Source: a bacterium OM1 bin76
GTDB taxonomy: Bacteria > Actinomycetota > Acidimicrobiia > Spongiisociales > ZC4RG35
Length of the DNA stretch: 64,000 nt
Direction: 5' to 3'
Assembly (NCBI GenBank): GCA_002238785.1
Contig: MPNA01000003.1
Span: 121,038 to 185,037 of the forward strand
The notes below the pieces were generated by a model. That model worked only from the letters and a program-made list of their open reading frames with translations, was not told the origin of the DNA and searched no databases. The translations under genes and the position numbers were made by a program. Below, piece after piece: positions 27,280 to 36,332 of this stretch. The first letter of the stretch is position 1. Each line of letters opens with the position of its first letter.

Positions 27280-29538
27280 ATGCCCCGATTCAGTGAAGCT
27301 CTTCGCTACCACTCCCATCCGCGACCTGGGAAGCTGGAGATCCGGGCGACGAAAGCCACGCTGACCCAGGCCGATCTGAGTCTTGCCTATACCCCGGGAG
27401 TGGCCGAACCATGTCTGGCCATACACGAGAATCCCGGCGATGTGTTCCAGTACACCAATAGGGGCAACCTGGTGGCGGTGGTAACCAACGGCACCGCGGT
27501 TCTGGGGTTGGGCAACATCGGGGGACTGGCTTCCAAGCCGGTCATGGAAGGAAAGGGTGTGCTTTTCAAGCGATTCGCCGACATCGACGTCTACGACCTG
27601 GAGATCGATTCCCAGGATCCCGATGATGTCATCCGGTTCTGCGAGTTGCTGGCGCCAACGGTGGGGGGTATCAATCTGGAGGACATTCGCGCCCCCGATT
27701 GCTTTTACATAGAGGAGACCCTGCGGGATCGACTTGACATTCCGGTTTTCCACGACGATCAGCACGGTACGGCCATCATTGCCGGCGCCGGTCTAATCAA
27801 CGCTGCAGAGTTGAGCGGCCGCCGCCTTGAAGACATGAAAGTGGTGATACTGGGCGCTGGCGCCGCCGGGGTGGCAACCGGTCACTTCCTGATCCGCCTG
27901 GGCTTCGACCCCGAACGTTTGTTGATGGTCGACTCACGGGGTGTATTGGATTCAACCCGCAGCGATCTCAACGCTTACAAAAAAGAGTTCGCGCGCCATA
28001 CGGATGCCCGAACCCTGACTGAGGCCCTGGTGGGGGCCGATGCCCTGATCGGGCTGGCCCAAGCCGGGTTGGTCCACCCCCACATGCTGGAGCGAATGAA
28101 CCCCCAGCCGATCGTTTTCCCCCTGGCGAATCCCGATCCTGAGATTCCCTATCACGATGCGAAGCGAGTTCGGCCGGATGCTTTCGTCGGTACCGGGCGC
28201 AGCGACTACCCGAACCAGGTGAACAACGTTTTGGGGTTTCCCTTCATCTTCCGTGGGGCGCTGGATGTCCGCGCCACGGCTGTGAGTGAAGGAATGAAGG
28301 TGGCTGCCGCCGAGGCGCTGGCGATACTGGCCAGGGAACCGGTGGCCGAGTCGGTCTTGGAGGCCTATCAGTTGAAGGAACTGTCGTTCGGTCCCGATTA
28401 CCTGATTCCCAAGCCTTTCGACCCGCGGGTGCTGACCACCGTAGCCCCGGCGGTAGCGGTCGCCGCCACGGAAGAGGGCCTGGCTCGGCTGCCCTGCAGG
28501 ATTGAGGAGTATCGTCAGCAATTGAGCGCTCGCCTCAGGCCTTCCCAGGGTTTGATTCAAGCCGTCACCATCCGTGCCCGCCAGTACCCGGCCAGGGTTG
28601 TGTTTCCCTACGGTGATGATCTCCGACTGGTGCGCGCCGCCCGCAGGGTCCTGGATGCCGGTATCGCTCACCCGGTGTTATTGGCCGACCGGGGAGTTGT
28701 CACCGAACTATCGGAGGAGTTAGGCATTTCCCTCGACGGGATCAAGGTGGTCGACCCTATTAGCCAAGCCAAAGAGCGAGACCGTTACGCGGCGAGGTTG
28801 CTGGAACTCAGAGGTCATAGGGGAGTGTCAAGAGTCCACGCCGCTCGGATGGTCTTTGATCCAAACGTGTTTGCCGCTTTGATGGTCGAGTCGGGTGACG
28901 CTGATGTCCTGGTGGGCGGCCTCACTACCTTCTTCCCCGAGACCGTTCGCCCCGCTCTGCAGATCATCAAAGTGAGAGAGGGTCGTTCCATCGCCAGCGC
29001 CCTTTACGTGGTGGTGACCGGGCGAGCCGCTTACTTCTTCGCCGACTGCGCAGTCAACATATCACCCTCTGCCGGTGAGTTGGCCGAGATAGCTGCCTCG
29101 GCGGTGGATGTCGCTCAGCACCAGTTCGGGAGAGATCCCCGGGTTGCATTCATCAGCTATTCGGATTTCGGATCGGCAGCCGGAGACGAACCGGCTCGGG
29201 TTCGCCAGGCGGTGGAGTTGTTCCGGGATCGCTGGCCCGAGACGCCGGTGGATGGAGAGATGCAGGCCGACACCGCGGTGGTGGAGGCTCTGCTCAACAA
29301 TCGGCGTCCCGGCGGTCCTCTGAAGTATCCGGCCAACATCCTGGTGTTTCCCAACCTCACCGCAGCGAACAGCGCCTACAAGCTATTGGAACGACTGGGC
29401 GACGCCGAAGTGATCGGACCCATTCTGACCGGCCTCTCCCGGTCGGTGCAGGTGCTGCAGAGAGACGCCTCCGTCGCGGAGATAGTCAACCTCACAGCCT
29501 ATGCGGTGGCCGACGCCCACCGACTCTCAGAACTTTGA
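27280..29538 (+). CDS. maeB: NADP-dependent malic enzyme with C-terminal phosphotransacetylase-like domain
   Basis: LSLAYTPGVA, GTAVLGLG, FHDDQHGT, GAGAAG, GRSDYPNQVNN; C-terminal DGEMQAD.A and LVFPNL. Confidence 0.95.
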   Translation: MPRFSEALRYHSHPRPGKLEIRATKATLTQADLSLAYTPGVAEPCLAIHENPGDVFQYTNRGNLVAVVTNGTAVLGLGNIGGLASKPVMEGKGVLFKRFADIDVYDLEIDSQDPDDVIRFCELLAPTVGGINLEDIRAPDCFYIEETLRDRLDIPVFHDDQHGTAIIAGAGLINAAELSGRRLEDMKVVILGAGAAGVATGHFLIRLGFDPERLLMVDSRGVLDSTRSDLNAYKKEFARHTDARTLTEALVGADALIGLAQAGLVHPHMLERMNPQPIVFPLANPDPEIPYHDAKRVRPDAFVGTGRSDYPNQVNNVLGFPFIFRGALDVRATAVSEGMKVAAAEALAILAREPVAESVLEAYQLKELSFGPDYLIPKPFDPRVLTTVAPAVAVAATEEGLARLPCRIEEYRQQLSARLRPSQGLIQAVTIRARQYPARVVFPYGDDLRLVRAARRVLDAGIAHPVLLADRGVVTELSEELGISLDGIKVVDPISQAKERDRYAARLLELRGHRGVSRVHAARMVFDPNVFAALMVESGDADVLVGGLTTFFPETVRPALQIIKVREGRSIASALYVVVTGRAAYFFADCAVNISPSAGELAEIAASAVDVAQHQFGRDPRVAFISYSDFGSAAGDEPARVRQAVELFRDRWPETPVDGEMQADTAVVEALLNNRRPGGPLKYPANILVFPNLTAANSAYKLLERLGDAEVIGPILTGLSRSVQVLQRDASVAEIVNLTAYAVADAHRLSEL

Positions 29539-29582
29539 GCAATCAGACCGCAGGCCTTCCATCGGAATAGGACTCTGTCGAA

Positions 29583-29603
29583 CCCAGTCCCACTACGACT
29601 GGG
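29583..29603 (+). terminator. Hairpin downstream of maeB, possible terminator
   Basis: CCCAGTC-7 nt loop-GACTGGG perfect 7-bp stem; no clear U-tract. Confidence 0.35.
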
Positions 29604-29941
29604 AGTAAGTCCCCGGGACCCCTCCTGGGCTGCAGCGTATTCATCCCCATAGATCCGCCGCTTGCGGTTTCCGTTCCTATGCGGATTTGATCGCTGGGGA
29701 GGCGTGCCACGTTGGGGGAGGGCCAGTGTTCAGGGGTGGCGCCCCTGCTCGGTCAGCCGGGCCGCCAACCCCCTCTGGACTCGTGGCAATGCCCAGGATC
29801 CTCCCCGCCGGATCCAAGAGCGGCCCTGTTCTGAGCGTGGCCTGGTACCGGCGCTGGATAAAGGTCACCGCTGACACATTTCAGCAATATTCGCTTGCCA
29901 CTGTGAGGAGTAACACAGTTTCTCACGAAAGGAGCGATGAC

Positions 29942-31312
29942 ATGAATCGTCTGAGGTCTTTGACCAGGAACCGCCTGATAGGGGCGGCTCTTGGGACGGT
30001 GCTCACCGCGGGCGTGCTGATCGGTTGTGGAGGCGGCAACGAGGGTTCGGAAGGGCCCGAGACCGGGGTTGAGGGCGGTACCGAACAAGGCGGCGGGGAA
30101 CACGGCGCCGCCGGCGAGGCCGGTGGTGAGGGTGGCGGCTCAGGTGGCGAGGAGGCCAGTGGGGCCACCATGGGGTTGGATGAGACCTTCGATCAAGTGC
30201 GGGCCGGCGTCCGACTGATCATCGGGTACGATGCCCCGAGCAACTCCTTCCGGGGCACGGTGGAGAACACCACCAACAACACTCTCACCCGGGTGAGGAT
30301 CGAGGTCCATCTCTCCAACGGGACGGAACTGGGTCCCACCACCCCCGTTGACTTGGGGCCGGGCGAGATCCTGGCGGTGGACCTGGCAGCCACCGCGGAG
30401 CCGTTCACTGGATGGATACCGTATGCCGAGGTCGGCAGCGGCGAAGGCAGCGGTGGTGAAGGCGGCGCCGAGGGCAGCAATGAGACCGGCGTGGAAGGCT
30501 CCGAAGGCAGCGGCGCCGAGATTGGCGAAGCCGCCATGTCGAGCCCGGTCGTTCCTCTGGACCAGCAGTGGAACGGCACCCTCGGCGGTCTGGCTGTCTC
30601 CGCCTGGTACGACGCGGTCACCCAGACTGCCCATGCCACGGTACAGAACACCACCTCCGGGGTTCTGTGCTATGTGCAGGCCGAACCTCACCTGAAGTCG
30701 GGAACCACCACGGTCGGGGAACTGGGTCCCGACGTGTTGGCGCATCTGAGCCCGGGGCAGACCGCGACTTCCAGTGTGGCGGTCGCCAGTGAACCCGCAA
30801 TGGCAGGTGTCTCGTTCGATGGGTACGTCGTCCACATGGAAGTCTTTGACTGCGGCGGCGGCGGCCCGGTGCCCCACACCGGCGGCGAAGGTGGCGGCGA
30901 GACCGGCGGAGAGAGCGGTGCCGGCGGCGAAGAAGGCAGCGGCAACATGTTGGCGCCCGATCAGACCTTCGACCAGGTCCGGGCCGGCGCCCGGCTGGTC
31001 CTCAACTACGACGCCTCAACGAACACATTCCGGGGCACAGTGGAGAACACCACCAACAACACTCTCACCCGGGTGAGGATCGAGGTCCATCTCTCCAACG
31101 GGACGGAACTGGGTCCCACCACCCCCGTGGACATGGCCCCCGGCCAGGTTCTGACGGTCAACCTGCAGGCCACGGCTGAACCGTTCACCGGTTGGGTACC
31201 CCACGCCGAGGTCGGCAGCGGCGAGGGCGGCGGTGAAGGCAGCGAATCCGGCGGCGGAGAACACGGCTCCGGCGGAGAACACGGCTCGGGCGGTGAGGGA
31301 GGAGGCGGTTAG
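29942..31312 (+). CDS. Lipoprotein with three related ~100-aa beta-rich domains and Gly/Glu/His-rich linkers; function unknown
   Basis: GAAAGGAG RBS, ATG 29942, signal peptide with lipobox VLIG-C; domains 1 and 3 near-identical. Confidence 0.85.
   Translation: MNRLRSLTRNRLIGAALGTVLTAGVLIGCGGGNEGSEGPETGVEGGTEQGGGEHGAAGEAGGEGGGSGGEEASGATMGLDETFDQVRAGVRLIIGYDAPSNSFRGTVENTTNNTLTRVRIEVHLSNGTELGPTTPVDLGPGEILAVDLAATAEPFTGWIPYAEVGSGEGSGGEGGAEGSNETGVEGSEGSGAEIGEAAMSSPVVPLDQQWNGTLGGLAVSAWYDAVTQTAHATVQNTTSGVLCYVQAEPHLKSGTTTVGELGPDVLAHLSPGQTATSSVAVASEPAMAGVSFDGYVVHMEVFDCGGGGPVPHTGGEGGGETGGESGAGGEEGSGNMLAPDQTFDQVRAGARLVLNYDASTNTFRGTVENTTNNTLTRVRIEVHLSNGTELGPTTPVDMAPGQVLTVNLQATAEPFTGWVPHAEVGSGEGGGEGSESGGGEHGSGGEHGSGGEGGGG
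30149..31228 (+). repeat. Intragenic direct repeat of ~300 bp (30149-30448 and 30929-31228) with an 89-bp identical core (30260-30348 = 31040-31128)
   Basis: Direct comparison of the two copies, offset 780 bp. Confidence 0.92.
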
Positions 31313-31358
31313 AAGCAACCGGAGTCGGTCGAGAGAATCCGACCGCATCCAACAGGCG

Positions 31359-31395
31359 GATGGAGGCGACGTCCCCAAAAGACATCGCCTCCATC
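31359..31395 (+). terminator. Strong hairpin between the lipoprotein gene and the response regulator
   Basis: GATGGAGGCGA ... TCGCCTCCATC 11-bp perfect stem. Confidence 0.45.
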
Positions 31396-31418
31396 GCTAG
31401 CTTCTTAGAGGATTGATG

Positions 31419-32096
31419 ATGAGCGGCTTGGTGTTGATAGTCGAAGACAATGAGCGGATCGCCAACTGGGTGAAGGTGTACTTCGAACGCGCCGGGTTCA
31501 CGGCTGCGGCGGCTCATGATGGTGTGTCCGGCCTGGCCCTGGCCCGCCGCCTGCTTCCGGACCTGATGATCCTCGACCTCAACCTTCCCCGGCTCGACGG
31601 AGTGGAGGTGTGCCGAGCCCTGCGTCGCGAGTCGGATGTTCCGATAATCATGCTGACCGCCAGGGAGACCCCTGCTGAACGCATCATCGGACTGGACAGC
31701 GGAGCCGATGATTACATTATCAAGCCCTTCGATCCGGAGGAGGTCGTGGCGCGCGCCAAAGCGGTCCTCCGTCGCGTCAACGACCGGGTCCAGCAGGTCC
31801 TGACACGCGGCGGCATCACATTGGATGAGACCACCCGCAGCGTGACAGTCAATGGAGAACCAGCGCCGTTGACTTCGGCCCAATTCGCTCTGTTGTCGAC
31901 GTTCATGCGCCATCCCAACCAGGTCCTCACCCGGTATCAACTGATCACGGTGACTTTCGGCTACGACTTCGACGGCTTCGAACGAGCCATCGACAGTCAG
32001 GTGGCCCGCCTGCGAAAAAAACTCGGCGAAGTTGGCGGCCAGGTCATTCAAACTGTCTACGGCGCGGGCTACAAGTTCGTGGCAGAGCATAAGTAA
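31419..32096 (+). CDS. OmpR/PhoB-family response regulator
   Basis: LIVED, ILDLNLP (phospho-Asp), MLTAR, GADDYIIKPF, winged helix ending TVYGAGYKF. Confidence 0.95.
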   Translation: MSGLVLIVEDNERIANWVKVYFERAGFTAAAAHDGVSGLALARRLLPDLMILDLNLPRLDGVEVCRALRRESDVPIIMLTARETPAERIIGLDSGADDYIIKPFDPEEVVARAKAVLRRVNDRVQQVLTRGGITLDETTRSVTVNGEPAPLTSAQFALLSTFMRHPNQVLTRYQLITVTFGYDFDGFERAIDSQVARLRKKLGEVGGQVIQTVYGAGYKFVAEHK

Positions 32097-33496
32097 TGTC
32101 GCTTCGCCGACGGATCATGGGCTCGATCGTCGTGGTGATCGTCCTCACCATCCTGATCGGCGTCGGCATCGGTTTTTTCACCACGCAGAACCGCCTGGAC
32201 GCATTCGTGGACCGGATAGGCAGCGATGAGGCTAGCCGGTTGGCCAGGAATCTGAGCCGGGAATACACCGCCACCGGTGGCTGGGAAACAGTGGACAGGC
32301 CGTTGTCGGAAGCGGGATATGTCTACGACGAGGCTCTGCCGAGGGGAGGGTCCGAAGGCGGCGGGGCAGAGTCCTCCGAGTCTCACGAGGACCTGGTGCG
32401 GGTCATCATCATTGGTGCCGATGGGCAGGTCGTGAAAGACAATCTGGCCCAATTGTCACCGGGTGCCGCGGCGCCCGACCTGGACGGACGAAGCGATACG
32501 GTTTTCGATCTGGACAGCAATCAAGCCGTGGGCCGGGTCTACCTGGATGTGAACCACGAGTTCCTGTCGACCGAGTCCCATGGATTTCTCACCACGATCC
32601 TGTGGGTGAGCCTGATCGGGGGCCTCCTGACGGCCGGCGCCGGCATCCTGCTGGCCGCTTGGCTGTCCAAGCGGATCACCGCGCCGGTGACCGCCCTGAC
32701 GGAGGCGACCCAGGCAATCGCCCAGGGGAAGGCGGCGCCGCTGCCGGTCACGTCCTCGGACGAGTTGGGACGGATGAGCACGGCTTTCAACCAGATGACC
32801 TCTGCCTTGGAATCCCAGCGCGATCTGCGGAAGCGGCTCATAAACGACGTCTCCCACGAGTTGAACACGCCCTTGAGCGTCATCCAGTTGGAGGCGAAGG
32901 GGCTGAGCGACGGACTTCAGACACCTGAGAAGGCATCCGAACACATCATCGGGGAAGTGGACCGGCTGCGCGGCCTGGTGACCGATCTGAACTGGCTTGC
33001 GGAAACGGACCACGGGGAGTTGAGGCTCACCTTTCAACGAAGTTCTGTTACCGAACTGCTCAACGCCGAATTGGGCCGATGGCAGTCACGAGCCTTGGCT
33101 CGACGGGTCGCATTGTCGTTGCAGGTCCCAGATGACCTTCCGAACGTGGATTTGGACCGGGTACGCATGAGTCAGGCCATGGGTAACGTCGTGGCCAACG
33201 CCATTCACAGCGCCGAGCCGGGTGGGTGTATCGCGATCGGTGCGGAAACAGAAAGCGATGAGTGGTTGGCCATATCGATCACCGATGACGGGATCGGCAT
33301 CCACCCAGCGGACCTTCCCCGCCTATTCGACCGCTTCTACCGCACGGACCAGTCCCGCGGCCGCGACGCAGGCGGAAAGGGCTTGGGACTGGCCATTACC
33401 CGGTCCATTGTCAAAGCCCATGGGGGCACAGTTTCGGTGGCAAGCGAGGGGCCGGGAAAGGGCGCCGTCGTGGCCATCCGGCTTCCCCTCGACTGA
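32096..33496 (+). CDS. HAMP-domain sensor histidine kinase (BaeS-like architecture)
   Basis: 2 TMs, HAMP (DELGRMS.AFN.M), H-box VSHELNTPL, N-box NVVANA, DDGIGI, FDRFYR, GKGLGL. Confidence 0.95.
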   Translation: MSLRRRIMGSIVVVIVLTILIGVGIGFFTTQNRLDAFVDRIGSDEASRLARNLSREYTATGGWETVDRPLSEAGYVYDEALPRGGSEGGGAESSESHEDLVRVIIIGADGQVVKDNLAQLSPGAAAPDLDGRSDTVFDLDSNQAVGRVYLDVNHEFLSTESHGFLTTILWVSLIGGLLTAGAGILLAAWLSKRITAPVTALTEATQAIAQGKAAPLPVTSSDELGRMSTAFNQMTSALESQRDLRKRLINDVSHELNTPLSVIQLEAKGLSDGLQTPEKASEHIIGEVDRLRGLVTDLNWLAETDHGELRLTFQRSSVTELLNAELGRWQSRALARRVALSLQVPDDLPNVDLDRVRMSQAMGNVVANAIHSAEPGGCIAIGAETESDEWLAISITDDGIGIHPADLPRLFDRFYRTDQSRGRDAGGKGLGLAITRSIVKAHGGTVSVASEGPGKGAVVAIRLPLD

Positions 33497-33593
33497 TGGA
33501 TTTCGCCGCCCGCCATGAAACTCCGCCCTCAAGAACGGGGAACACCGCGGACCGAGGCGTGAGTGAAAAAAGGGGCACGCCACGGCGCGAAAG

Positions 33594-33666
33594 TGGGTCG
33601 CCGGGGACTCGAACCCCGAACCTGCGGGTTAAGAGCCCGTTGCTCTGCCAATTGAGCTAGCGACCC
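33594..33666 (-). tRNA. tRNA-Lys(CTT)
   Basis: Cloverleaf GGGTCGC...GCGACCC-A, anticodon loop CTCTTAA, GGTTCGAGTCC T-arm. Confidence 0.95.
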
Positions 33667-33754
33667 GACTCCCAGTATAGCGGGTGCGATTGTCCTGTTG
33701 TTGGCCAAATGGACTGGCGCGTTGTCACTGTTCCCTGCCAGAATGGGACCGGTA

Positions 33755-33828
33755 CGGGCTGTGGCGCAGCTTGGCAGCGCGCCTGCTTTGGGAGCAGGAG
33801 GTCGTCGGTTCAAATCCGACCAGCCCGA
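33755..33828 (+). tRNA. tRNA-Pro(TGG)
   Basis: CGGGCTG...CAGCCCG-A, anticodon loop TTTGGGA, GGTTCAAATCC. Confidence 0.95.
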
Positions 33829-33890
33829 CGCGATGGAAACGTTGGTGATTGTCAAGACCAGGGGCCGCTACCCTTGTCGTGGTGTCACTG

Positions 33891-33963
<73 letters not shown>

Positions 33964-33990
33964 GAGGGACTTTCCCTGGTGAGCGCCAGA

Positions 33991-34063
33991 GCCCCCGTAG
34001 CTCAGAGGACAGAGCAGGAGCCTTCTAAGCTCTTGGCCGGGGGTTCGAATCCTCCCGGGGGCG
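33991..34063 (+). tRNA. tRNA-Arg(TCT)
   Basis: GCCCCCG...CGGGGGC-G, anticodon loop CTTCTAA. Confidence 0.95.
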
Positions 34064-34083
34064 CTGGGGAGGTCCCCCTACAT

Positions 34084-34162
34084 GGCGACCGTAGCTCAGT
34101 CAGGTTAGAGCGCCAGGTTGTGGCCCTGGAGGACGGGGGTTCAAGTCCCCTCGGTCGTCCCA
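34084..34162 (+). tRNA. tRNA-His(GTG)
   Basis: Encoded G-1, C73 discriminator and CCA; anticodon loop TTGTGGC. Confidence 0.94.
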
Positions 34163-34204
34163 CATACCCTCTTGTCAGGTCTATATGAATCAAATCCCGA
34201 TCCT

Positions 34205-35689
34205 GTGAACACCGAGGCTGCCTTCGCCGACCTCGGCTCGTTCGAGAAGATGGTTTCCTTTGAGATTTCTTTTTCGGATCTGAACCACGCCATGAACCGG
34301 GCTTCCCGCAAGATTTCACGGGAAGTCAGCTTCCCCGGATTCCGCCCGGGAAGAGCACCCCGGCGACTGGTGGAGCGCCGCGTGGGAGTTGAGCGGTTGA
34401 GAGCCGATGCCTTGGATGACCTGGTTCCCAACCGGGTTGGCGCCATCCTTGCCCAGACCGAGATCGCCCCGGTGGTTCCTCCCCTTTTGGAGTCGGTCAC
34501 GGACTCGCTAAACGGAGCGGTGAGGGTGGAGGTCAGAGTGACCACCTGGCCCCGGCTGGAATCGGTTCCCAGTTACGGCGGCAGGACGGTCCAGGTACAG
34601 GGACTCCCTCCGGTGTCCGATGAAGTGGAGAATCGGTTGACGCAGCTTCGGCACATGTACGCTCCCCTACAGACGGTGGAGCGTGCGGTCGAGGGGGGCG
34701 ATTTCGTCATCATCGATATGACTGTCAAAGAGGGAGAACGGCTCATAGAGTCTCTGGCGTTGGACGGCTTCAGCTATGAAGTGGGCTCGGAACGACTGAC
34801 CCCCCAGATTGACGAGAGCCTGCTGGGCAGACGGCCAGGTGAGCGATTGGAGATCACCGCACCCCTGCCTCAATGGCTGTTTCCCGAGGGTCCTGCCGGC
34901 GGTGAGGATGAGAGTGCCGATGACGATGATGGGGAGCAGGCCGCAGGTTTGTATCAAATCCGGATAGCCGAGGTGCAGTCCCGCTCTTTGCCGGAATTGG
35001 ACGATGATTGGGCGTCGGAGTACACCGGTCACGATTCCCTCGAAGACTTGCGTGCGGAGATGCAGGAAGAGGTGGAAGAGCAGCGCAACTCCGCCCAGTG
35101 GGAGATATTGGTCGCCGAAGCATTGAAGGAGATGACAGCCGACTTGGAATTGGACTTGCCACAGCGGTTGGAGTCGGCACAAGTGGAACTTTTGTTTCGC
35201 AACCACATTTCCCAATTGGAGAGTTCGAATATGGACTACGCCACCTACCTGGAGAGGACCGGTCTGGACCACGAGCAGTTCGTGGCGGGTCTGAGAGGTC
35301 AGGCGGTGGCAGGGTTGAAGGCTCGGATTCTCATCGACGCGGTTATTGAACAGGAGGGGTTGGAAGTGGAGGACGACGAGGTGCTGGATGTCCTGCGTAG
35401 GGCAGCCAAAGAGGCCGAGGATCCCGAGGAGTTCCGGCGGGAGATGGAAAAAGGTGTCCACGCAGAGCAGATCCGAAGTGATATGCTCAGAGCCAGGGCA
35501 CAAGCTTTCATGGCGATGCAGGTGCAACCGGTTGACGAAAGCGGCCAGACGGTGCAGATTGAAGCGCCCGCTTGGGTGAAAGCGTGGTTCGCCCCCGTGA
35601 CCGATTCGACCGAGATTTTAGAACCTGGGGCCAATGGGGGAGAAGCCCTCTACGAAGCGGAGGTAATAGATGACCCGTACCTTGACTGA
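34205..35689 (+). CDS. tig: Trigger factor
   Basis: [10 protein letters not shown] ribosome-binding motif, FKBP-like domain, LPELDDDWA; GTG start chosen downstream of tRNA-His. Confidence 0.92.
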   Translation: MNTEAAFADLGSFEKMVSFEISFSDLNHAMNRASRKISREVSFPGFRPGRAPRRLVERRVGVERLRADALDDLVPNRVGAILAQTEIAPVVPPLLESVTDSLNGAVRVEVRVTTWPRLESVPSYGGRTVQVQGLPPVSDEVENRLTQLRHMYAPLQTVERAVEGGDFVIIDMTVKEGERLIESLALDGFSYEVGSERLTPQIDESLLGRRPGERLEITAPLPQWLFPEGPAGGEDESADDDDGEQAAGLYQIRIAEVQSRSLPELDDDWASEYTGHDSLEDLRAEMQEEVEEQRNSAQWEILVAEALKEMTADLELDLPQRLESAQVELLFRNHISQLESSNMDYATYLERTGLDHEQFVAGLRGQAVAGLKARILIDAVIEQEGLEVEDDEVLDVLRRAAKEAEDPEEFRREMEKGVHAEQIRSDMLRARAQAFMAMQVQPVDESGQTVQIEAPAWVKAWFAPVTDSTEILEPGANGGEALYEAEVIDDPYLD

Positions 35690-36323
35690 GCAACTCCTTT
35701 CAATCCCCCGACCCGAGGGCTACATCCCGGTCCCTCATGTGACGGAACAAACCAGCAGGGGGGAACGGACTTCTGATATTTACAGCCGGTTGCTCAAGGA
35801 TCGCATCGTCTTTCTCGGCACACCCATAGACGACACAGTGGCCAATCTGATCATGGCCCAGATGTTGCACTTGGAAAGCGAGGATCCCGACAAGGACATC
35901 TTCCTGTACATAAACTCGCCGGGAGGGCAGATGACTTCTTTGTTTGCCCTGTACGACACCATGCAGTACGTCAGGCCCGACATCAGCACTGTTTGCATGG
36001 GAATGGCAGCCTCGGCGGCCGCGGTGTTGCTGTCGGGAGGCGCCAAGGGAAAGCGGTATGCGCTCCCGCACGCCCGGGTAATGCTCCACCAACCACACGG
36101 TGGGGCGTCAGGCCAGGCCACCGATATCGAGATCCAGGCCCGGCTGATCTTGCAGATGAGGGAGCAGACCAACAAAATACTCTCCCGGCATACCGGCCAG
36201 TCCTTGGAGAAAGTGGCCAATGACACCGATCGCGACTTTTGGATGATGGCCGAGGAAGCTGCAGAATACGGAGTCATCGACAGAGTTCTCAGCCGCCAGA
36301 CCCTCTCTGCGGTGGGCGACTGA
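35670..36323 (+). CDS. clpP: ATP-dependent Clp protease proteolytic subunit
   Basis: [39 protein letters not shown]. Confidence 0.97.
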   Translation: MTRTLTEQLLSIPRPEGYIPVPHVTEQTSRGERTSDIYSRLLKDRIVFLGTPIDDTVANLIMAQMLHLESEDPDKDIFLYINSPGGQMTSLFALYDTMQYVRPDISTVCMGMAASAAAVLLSGGAKGKRYALPHARVMLHQPHGGASGQATDIEIQARLILQMREQTNKILSRHTGQSLEKVANDTDRDFWMMAEEAAEYGVIDRVLSRQTLSAVGD

Positions 36324-36332
36324 GGTCTCCCG

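Noticed and set aside
29687-29941. 85-aa N-terminal extension of the lipoprotein ORF
   Set aside because: A strong RBS and signal peptide begin at ATG 29942; the upstream part looks non-coding
29540-33594. Lipoprotein-TCS block as an intact island integrated at tRNA-Lys
   Set aside because: No integrase and no direct repeat of the tRNA 3' end seen at the left boundary; only the position is suggestive
34118-34204. Longer tig start given in the ORF track
   Set aside because: It overlaps tRNA-His; GTG 34205 fits the usual trigger factor N-terminus
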